NCBI GenBank assembly: GCA_016839365.1
Contig: JAEOUH010000093.1
Location: forward strand, 1-13,460
Reading direction: 5' to 3'
Origin: Candidatus Hermodarchaeota archaeon
GTDB taxonomy: Archaea > Asgardarchaeota > Hermodarchaeia > Hermodarchaeales > Hermodarchaeaceae
DNA length: 13,460 nucleotides
Position numbers and translations under genes: made by a program. Shown here one piece after another: positions 8,359-13,460 of this stretch. The notes beneath the pieces are model-generated. The model did no database searches, was not told the origin of the DNA, and was given only the letters and a program-made list of their open reading frames with translations. Position 1 is the first letter of the stretch, and the number at the start of each line of letters is the position of its first letter.

Positions 8359-9129
8359 GTGTCGAAAAAAGTTGACCGTATAGACCAACGCTTGGATAAG
8401 GCACGTATGCGTATCAAGCGCTCCGAAGACCGACAAGTCATCGAATCCGTCTTCGATACGAGAACCCTCCTGACCCTCTATCACATGTTCAATAGAGGCA
8501 TCTTAGACGAGATTAATGGGGTGATTTCAACAGGAAAAGAAGGCAACGTGTATTTGGGGGTGCAACCGGATGGTTCTGATGCCGCCATCAAAATCTATCG
8601 CATCACCACTTTTAATTTTAAACGTATCACCATGTACCTCGAAGGCGATCCACGCTTTGCACGCATCCCCCGCTCCCGCAGTGGACTCATCACCGCATGG
8701 GCATCCAAGGAATATAAGAACCTCATTCGAGCCGAGGCAGCTGGCGTACGTGTTCCGCATCCGATTCATGTCCAGCGCAACATTTTAGTCATGGAATTTA
8801 TTGGTGAAAACGGGTTGCCCGCTCCCACCATGCACCAACAGGAGCCGGAAAAGCCCGAACCCACACGTAAGGCCATCCTTCAAGCCGTTTCCCGCCTCTA
8901 CCATGAGGCCAACCTGGTACATTCGGATCTAAGTGAGTATAACATCATGCTCTGGAACGGTCCCGTTCTCATCGACATCTCACAAGCCGTCGTTTTAGAC
9001 CACCCATACAGCGAAATGTTTTTTGAACGCGATATACGCAACATAATCGCCTATTTTGATGGCTTCGATATTCCGAAACTTGATTTAGCTGATACCATCA
9101 AAGCCATTCGTGCAGGTGAGTTCAAATGA
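8359..9129 (+). CDS. rio1: RIO1 family atypical kinase/ATPase
   Basis: ISTGKEGNVY, AIKIY, WASKEYKNL, LVHSDLSEYNI and IDISQAV motifs. Strong SD GGAGGTGA at 8345-8352 precedes the GTG start. Confidence 0.96.
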   Translation: MSKKVDRIDQRLDKARMRIKRSEDRQVIESVFDTRTLLTLYHMFNRGILDEINGVISTGKEGNVYLGVQPDGSDAAIKIYRITTFNFKRITMYLEGDPRFARIPRSRSGLITAWASKEYKNLIRAEAAGVRVPHPIHVQRNILVMEFIGENGLPAPTMHQQEPEKPEPTRKAILQAVSRLYHEANLVHSDLSEYNIMLWNGPVLIDISQAVVLDHPYSEMFFERDIRNIIAYFDGFDIPKLDLADTIKAIRAGEFK

Positions 9130-9713
9130 AAGCTGACGCCCGTATCCGCATCCCCAAATCCCGGATCGCTGTTGTGATTGGTCCGAATGGGGCGGTTAAA
9201 CATGAATTGGAAAAAACTACGAAGATCTCTGTCGATATCGATAGCAGTGATGGGCTGGTTATCTTAGAATCCATGGAGGACTGTGAAGATCCCTTGGCTA
9301 TTTGGAAAGCCCGGGACATTGTCCAAGCGATTGGTCGCGGATTCAGCCCTCAACGTGCCTTCGCTCTCCTCGATGATGATATCTATTTACGGGTCATCAA
9401 TCTTGAAGAGTTTGGCAGTTCACCCAACCAGATCCGGCGCCTGAAAGGGCGCGTCATCGGTCAGGGTGGGAAAACTCGCCGCAACATCGAGGAACTCACC
9501 GACACCTACGTGGCCATCATGGGCAATACCATCAGTGTCATTGGCGAAGTCGAAAATCAACAAATTGCTGTCAACGCCATCACCCGTCTACTCCGGGGTG
9601 CCGAACACTCCACCATCAACCGGTACCTTAACACCCAGCGACGAAGCATGAAAAAGCGACGGGCTTTGGAGCTCTGGCAGCCCCTAGGTCCCGAAGATAC
9701 TGAAGCACGCTAA
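9126..9713 (+). CDS. dim2: KH-domain pre-rRNA processing protein Dim2/Pno1
   Basis: VIGPNG and VIGQGGKTR GxxG loops, AIGRGFSPQRA, and an ATGA overlap with rio1, its usual neighbour. Confidence 0.92.
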   Translation: MKADARIRIPKSRIAVVIGPNGAVKHELEKTTKISVDIDSSDGLVILESMEDCEDPLAIWKARDIVQAIGRGFSPQRAFALLDDDIYLRVINLEEFGSSPNQIRRLKGRVIGQGGKTRRNIEELTDTYVAIMGNTISVIGEVENQQIAVNAITRLLRGAEHSTINRYLNTQRRSMKKRRALELWQPLGPEDTEAR

Positions 9714-9733
9714 ACGGCTGCCGCGGTCTCAGG

Positions 9734-9747
9734 GAAAGAGTTTAAAA
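9734..9747 (+). promoter_or_regulatory. BRE/TATA promoter of tRNA-Asn
   Basis: Purine-rich GAAAGAG followed by TTTAAAA, about 30 nt before the tRNA 5' end. Confidence 0.65.
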
Positions 9748-9777
9748 TGAGCGATGAAATTGCACAGCTGCTTACAC

Positions 9778-9885
9778 GCCGAGGTGGCTCAGCCGGGTTA
9801 GAGCGGGAGCCTATACCACCAAGCGGTGGATAGACCGATGCTGTTAACCTCTAGGTCAGCGGTTCGAATCCGCTCCTCGGCGCCA
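9778..9885 (+). tRNA. tRNA-Asn(GTT) with a 30-nt intron at position 30/31 and encoded CCA
   Basis: Acceptor GCCGAGG/CCTCGGC, D stem GCTC/GAGC, anticodon arm after splicing GGAGG-CTGTTAA-CCTCT, T arm AGCGG-TTCGAAT-CCGCT, G73-CCA. Confidence 0.93.
9810..9839 (+). other. Non-canonical tRNA intron (30/31)
   Basis: CCTATACCACCAAGCGGTGGATAGACCGAT. It forms a relaxed BHB: AG/CT outer helix, CGGG/ACCG central helix with one mismatch, bulges AG^C and AT^G, inner hairpin CTAT/ATAG plus CCACC/GGTGG. Confidence 0.85.
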
Positions 9886-9898
9886 CTTTCCTTTTTTA
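9886..9898 (+). terminator. Pyrimidine/T-tract terminator after tRNA-Asn
   Basis: CTTTCCTTTTTT lies immediately after CCA, at the junction with a convergent gene. Confidence 0.55.
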
Positions 9899-9907
9899 CA
9901 GAGACAA

Positions 9908-10354
9908 TTACCCGTACATGGCGTGCCGTTCTGGGAATCGTTTTAGACTCATCGACTGCACACACGCCTCTAATTCGCGGTCCAACGCCTCTTGTTTATC
10001 GGACATAACTGTTCGCAGTCGTGAGGTACTGTCATCGGAATAGCGCTGAAGCCCCTGGGCGATCACAATCCCCTTCTGTTGAGGGGCCGCGATTTGGAAC
10101 AGGAAAGGTTTGCCTTCCTGCATGATCTTGTTGTGAATCCCTTCATCCACACGACGGTGCGTAGTACCAACCCCAATGACTTCAAACGGATTGACCGGTT
10201 CAGTTTTCATCTGCCACAGCCGATCGCGGTGCAACACGAAGGTATCATATAATCCATGGTCTGCAGCACCGGATAATACACGCCAGCCTTGGCTCTCCTT
10301 GTCGTAGCGTTTCTTCATCTCCATGAGTAGATCGCCAATCGGCTTCATCGTCAT
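9908..10354 (-). CDS. Conserved archaeal hypothetical protein (148 aa)
   Basis: SD AGGTG precedes the ATG, with a TATA-like CTTTAAG further upstream. Motifs GWRV.SG, KT..NPFEV.GVG and Q..LD.EL recall (from memory) an uncharacterised euryarchaeal family. Confidence 0.8.
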   Translation of the reverse strand: MTMKPIGDLLMEMKKRYDKESQGWRVLSGAADHGLYDTFVLHRDRLWQMKTEPVNPFEVIGVGTTHRRVDEGIHNKIMQEGKPFLFQIAAPQQKGIVIAQGLQRYSDDSTSRLRTVMSDKQEALDRELEACVQSMSLKRFPERHAMYG

Positions 10355-10425
10355 GCGCGGGCACCTACTTGTTCCTAATGGAATGTATCCTTAAAGAAAG
10401 CTCTGGTAGCAGATCCACCAAAAAG

Positions 10426-10545
10426 TGGTGCGGGGGCTGGGAATTTCAGCCGAAACAACCACGTGCTAGCAGCTTTTGAACCCAGGAACGCCTACGCGAC
10501 AGGGGCCTAAACCCTGCACCTTTGGCCAAGCTTGGTAACCCCCGC
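10426..10545 (-). tRNA. tRNA-Leu(TAG) with a 32-nt intron in the T loop (59/60) and encoded CCA
   Basis: Minus strand: acceptor GCGGGGG/CCCCCGC, anticodon arm CAGGG-TTTAGGC-CCCTG, long variable arm CGC-GTAG-GCG, T arm CTGGG-TTCAAA[intron]T-CCCAG, A73-CCA. Confidence 0.93.
10443..10474 (-). other. Non-canonical tRNA intron (59/60)
   Basis: AGCTGCTAGCACGTGGTTGTTTCGGCTGAAAT. It forms a strict BHB: outer CTGGG/CCCAG, central TTCA/TGAA, 3-nt bulges AA^A and AT^T, inner GCTG/CGGC. Confidence 0.88.
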
Positions 10546-10556
10546 AAAGTAGGTAA

Positions 10557-10634
10557 TGGTGCCCTGACCGGGATTCGAACCCGGGTCCACGGGGCGAAAG
10601 CCCATGATGATTGACCTGGCTACACTATCAGGGC
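10557..10634 (-). tRNA. tRNA-Glu(TTC), encoded CCA
   Basis: Minus strand: GCCCTGA/TCAGGGC acceptor, ATGGG-CTTTCGC-CCCGT anticodon arm, CCGGG-TTCGAAT-CCCGG T arm. It is only 11 nt upstream of tRNA-Leu. Confidence 0.95.
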
Positions 10635-10665
10635 ACGGGGTGTGTGGGGAAGGGCTGGCGGTGGT

Positions 10666-10682
10666 GGGTTAAAAACCTTTGC
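10666..10682 (-). promoter_or_regulatory. BRE/TATA promoter of tRNA-Glu/tRNA-Leu
   Basis: Minus strand GCAAAGG-TTTTTAA-CCC, about 35 nt upstream of tRNA-Glu. Confidence 0.65.
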
Positions 10683-10713
10683 AACTCTTTGCCCTGGGAG
10701 TTGAAGCGTGAAG

Positions 10714-10788
10714 TGGTGGAGTGGCCGGGATTTGAACCCGGGGCCTCGGGTGTGCAAGACCCGCGATCTACCACTGATCTACCACCCC
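10714..10788 (-). tRNA. tRNA-Ala(TGC), encoded CCA
   Basis: Minus strand: acceptor GGGGTGG/CCACTCC with the G3:U70 alanine identity pair, CGGGT-CTTGCAC-ACCCG anticodon arm, CCGGG-TTCAAAT-CCCGG T arm. Confidence 0.96.
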
Positions 10789-10828
10789 ACATGGATTGGG
10801 TTGTTGTGCTCAGAAGCGATACAAGGCG

Positions 10829-10843
10829 ATTAAAAAGTGTTCC
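10829..10843 (-). promoter_or_regulatory. Putative TATA promoter of tRNA-Ala
   Basis: Minus strand GGAACAC-TTTTTAA, about 40 nt upstream of the tRNA. Confidence 0.5.
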
Positions 10844-10935
10844 GCCACGTTGGGTGGTACCCTTATGAGGGGGTGCCGAAGAAATCTTAAGGTTGGGCGA
10901 TATTTTAAATGAGAAAACAGTTTGGGTGAAGTTTT

Positions 10936-11787
10936 TTGACCTTGCCGGGATTGGAGTCACCACGTATCCGAAATGCCATACACCGTATCCTCGACCCACG
11001 GGGCGCTTTGGCCCATTATTTATGGGAGAGCATTCCGTTTTACGGCACCTACTTTGACGAAATCGAAATCAAACCTGATATGCGCATTTTGGATGTGGGG
11101 TGTGGCGTCGGACGGACCACCTTAGAGCTGGCTAGTATGGTGCCTGAAGGGGAAGTAGTTGGCATCGACATCAACCCCGCGCTCACTGCCTGTGCAAACC
11201 AGTTGGCCCAACTGTTCGAGTTTAGCAATCGCATCCGTTTCTTTGCCGGTGATATCGTCGAAAAAGGTACAATCCCCAAGGACGAGACCTTCGATCTCAT
11301 TTACAGCCGCCATGTCATCTCTGACTTGAAACAAGACGGGATTCGGGAACTTGCCCGACACTTGGAAAATGATGGCGTGTTCGTGGCTCTGGAACCGGAT
11401 TATTCGATGTGTCGAGTGTATGGGCTCGCCCACCTCGATGCCCATTACCGCCGCGAAGGCGAAATTGGGTTCGAATCCGGATTAGCGGGTGGCAACCTCC
11501 GCTATCTCCTCCGTGAAGCTAAGCTCGAAGTCCAGTTCTTTGAACCCCGGTTTCTCATCTTCACTGAACAGGATCTCAAGTGGGTCACCTTTGCCAAAAA
11601 ACGCCTAGCCTCTGCCTATGAAGAAGAGATTCCCCGAGTTGAAGCCATGCGCTTCCGTCGTGGCTCTCATTGGGTTGACGAACGGATTGCTCGGCTTAAA
11701 GAACAGGTCAACGAGCTTGAACAGCTCACCCGGCGACACCGTTTTACCAATATCTACATTCAATTCTTTGTCAAGGCTACAAAGTAA
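10936..11787 (+). CDS. Class I SAM-dependent methyltransferase, substrate unknown
   Basis: Motif I ILDVGCGVG, post-I VVGIDIN, GD, FDLIYS and L..DGVFV..E. SD GGGTGA at 10924-10929 precedes the TTG start. Confidence 0.9.
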   Translation: MTLPGLESPRIRNAIHRILDPRGALAHYLWESIPFYGTYFDEIEIKPDMRILDVGCGVGRTTLELASMVPEGEVVGIDINPALTACANQLAQLFEFSNRIRFFAGDIVEKGTIPKDETFDLIYSRHVISDLKQDGIRELARHLENDGVFVALEPDYSMCRVYGLAHLDAHYRREGEIGFESGLAGGNLRYLLREAKLEVQFFEPRFLIFTEQDLKWVTFAKKRLASAYEEEIPRVEAMRFRRGSHWVDERIARLKEQVNELEQLTRRHRFTNIYIQFFVKATK

Positions 11788-11832
11788 TTCTGTTTTGGGA
11801 GAAAAAGAAAGGAAGCCTACCCTCCCAGATGA

Positions 11833-12795
11833 TTAAGTGGGAGGAGTAGGTTGGGATGTTCGCCGTCGGGTCCAGATGGCTGCACCAATAACCACACAGG
11901 CTAATGCGCCAGCTCCTACCACGATGAGGGTGAGCAGAAGGCTGTCAGGTGGGAGTACAGATCCGTCAAGTCCGATGACAGGATCATGGACAAGCACGTC
12001 ATCACCGAAATTCGGATAGACCAGGTAGAACACGGTCTTCTCTGGAGCACAGTCGTAGTTACTGGTCACTTCGATGGTGTCATTACCCGCATTGGCAGAG
12101 TGTTGATAGGCGAAGAAGGCACCATCAAAGGCAAAGGTATGGTTTTCGTAGCGGTATTGGTAGGCATGTCGATAGGTATGAGTGCCAGGGCTTTGAACCA
12201 TCAGGTCCCATCGGAGGGCAAGATAGGTATCATCATGCGCCCATGGCCAACCAGAGATCACGATGTCAAATTTAAGCTCGTTACTATTTGTGACGTTGAT
12301 GTGGCAGCGTAGTTCCATGTAGAGGTCGTCGAACTCTGGACGGGGGCCTTGGACGGATTCGAGGGTGAAGTTGAAGTGTACAGCCGTTGTTTCGCCGTCG
12401 GTTTCTTCGGTGAGAAATCCGCTAAAGTCCCATGAAACGCTACCTAGTCCCAGTATGGGAGCCACAACGTGGTCGGTTCCATTGGTGTAGGTTCCATCAT
12501 CGTTGGTGTCGTTGAATTCGATGAGCTGGTGGAATTGGACGTGGTAGGTCAGACGGGTATTGGGATCAACAAAGTTGGGGTCCCAGAACATGAAGTGGGG
12601 CACGTTGCCACCTGTGGAGACCCGGACGTTGATCGCTGGTGTAGTGAGAGTCACTTGCCGGTTACCCGCATCATACTGATACCCCAGTCCTTGCGCGGAG
12701 GTGAGGCCGGCGAAGGAGAGGCTGGAGAGCATGATGACGCTGAGTGCGATTGCGATGAGTGCAAGTCTGGACCGTTGGAGTGTCACAGTGGTCAT
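11833..12795 (-). CDS. Secreted beta-rich protein with a signal peptide and a C-terminal membrane anchor
   Basis: N-terminal hydrophobic signal (RSRLALIAIALSVIMLSSLSFAGLTSA), several NxT sequons, and C-terminal TM LLLTLIVVGAGALACVVIGAAIW followed by RRR. Confidence 0.85.
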   Translation of the reverse strand: MTTVTLQRSRLALIAIALSVIMLSSLSFAGLTSAQGLGYQYDAGNRQVTLTTPAINVRVSTGGNVPHFMFWDPNFVDPNTRLTYHVQFHQLIEFNDTNDDGTYTNGTDHVVAPILGLGSVSWDFSGFLTEETDGETTAVHFNFTLESVQGPRPEFDDLYMELRCHINVTNSNELKFDIVISGWPWAHDDTYLALRWDLMVQSPGTHTYRHAYQYRYENHTFAFDGAFFAYQHSANAGNDTIEVTSNYDCAPEKTVFYLVYPNFGDDVLVHDPVIGLDGSVLPPDSLLLTLIVVGAGALACVVIGAAIWTRRRTSQPTPPT

Positions 12796-12902
12796 TTTTT
12801 ATTCACGTTTTTTGGTTTTTGTGGTTGGCGCAGAGGTTTTGCGCTATGAAACCTTATATTAAACAAGTCTATATACTTTCAGTTCTATTATTATAGAAAT
12901 AG

Positions 12903-12928
12903 TGGAGTTCGACTGCAGTCGAGTTCCA
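12903..12928. promoter_or_regulatory. 26-bp near-perfect palindrome, candidate operator
   Basis: TGGAGT-TCGACTGCAGTCGA-GTTCCA, with a perfect 14-bp core at 12909-12922, between divergent genes. Confidence 0.5.
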
Positions 12929-12969
12929 AATACATCACATTTTTGAATCCTAATTTCTAAAGACACGCT

Positions 12970-13460
12970 ATGGCTTCCAAAAAAGACCAGCCTGCAGCCG
13001 AACCTCCCAGCACCGATGAGAAGGAATCATCCGCAGAAGCCGCCCTATTCCGCAACTTGGGACACCCCCTGCGCCGCCAAATCATCCGATTTGTCGATGA
13101 CCGCGGTCAAGCCAGCTACACCGACCTCCGAGATGCCTTTCACATCGAACCAGGTACCCTCTATTTCCACCTCGAACAGCTTATGACTCCTGATGCACCT
13201 TTACTTGCACAGGATCGCGACAAAATCTACAAGATTACGCCCCTCGGGCAACTCGCCGCGACCTTCCTTCACCAAGCCACTGACATTACCCCCAGCACGG
13301 CGCCTCCCAGCGTCACTGACCATCACCCCAAGCTCCGACGCCTCCTCTACTATCTGGGATTCGCTCCCTTGTTCCGCTATTTGAGCCGACGCAGCGACCA
13401 CCTCATCTTAGAATCCATCATCACCTTAGCGGCCCTCACTTACCTGTTCACCATCAATCC
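12970..13460 (+). CDS. ArsR-like winged-helix regulator, probably membrane-associated (3'-partial; absent from the ORF track)
   Basis: The frame is open from ATG 12970 to the window end: MASKKDQP..LFRNLGHPLRRQIIRFV..ASYTDL..IEPGTLYFHLEQL..LLAQD..YKITPLG, followed by hydrophobic LLYYLGFAPLF and IITLAALTYLFTIN. Confidence 0.85.
   Translation, partial: MASKKDQPAAEPPSTDEKESSAEAALFRNLGHPLRRQIIRFVDDRGQASYTDLRDAFHIEPGTLYFHLEQLMTPDAPLLAQDRDKIYKITPLGQLAATFLHQATDITPSTAPPSVTDHHPKLRRLLYYLGFAPLFRYLSRRSDHLILESIITLAALTYLFTIN

Noticed and set aside
4489-8484. Longer antisense ORFs (4489-4944, 7047-7658, 8041-8484) and other short overlapping ORFs
   Set aside because: They lie opposite or inside well-conserved genes and carry no recognisable motifs, so they are treated as shadow ORFs.
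10604-10610. Perfect box C sequence ATGATGA on the + strand
   Set aside because: It is the antisense of the tRNA-Glu D-stem/anticodon-stem junction and has no suitably placed D box.
9826-10999. ORFs 9826-10008, 10611-10868 and 10628-10999
   Set aside because: They overlap clear tRNA genes and their promoters.
13193-13401. ORFs 13193-13384 (+) and 13201-13401 (-)
   Set aside because: Both overlap the wHTH gene starting at 12970, which the ORF track omitted, probably because it has no stop codon in the window.
9778-13460. Genomic island integrated at one of the tRNAs
   Set aside because: No integrase, no duplicated tRNA 3' end and no obvious compositional break are visible within the window.

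Overview
Archaeal chromosomal window, probably from an Asgard lineage. That placement is an inference from a surface protein with a cytoplasmic longin-like tail and from eukaryote-like tails on two initiation factors. In order it holds: (1) a 5'-truncated >1349-aa single-pass surface glycoprotein with about 6 Ig-like repeats outside and a longin-like plus probable winged-helix module inside; (2) a co-oriented + strand cluster RPA2-like, aIF2beta, DUF424, NMD3, aIF1A, Nep1, Rio1, Dim2/Pno1 KH protein and tRNA-Asn(GTT); (3) a minus-strand block of tRNA-Ala(TGC), tRNA-Glu(TTC), tRNA-Leu(TAG) and a conserved hypothetical gene; (4) a class I SAM methyltransferase, a secreted C-terminally anchored beta-sandwich protein, and a divergent, 3'-truncated ArsR-like wHTH regulator missing from the ORF track, with a palindrome-rich intergenic region between the last two. 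The most notable points are two tRNA introns at non-canonical positions (30/31 and 59/60) with readable BHB motifs, a 61-aa Lys-rich N-terminal extension on aIF2beta, a eukaryote-like N-tail on aIF1A, and the receptor-like Ig-TM-longin protein. No CRISPR array, rRNA gene or mobile element was seen.
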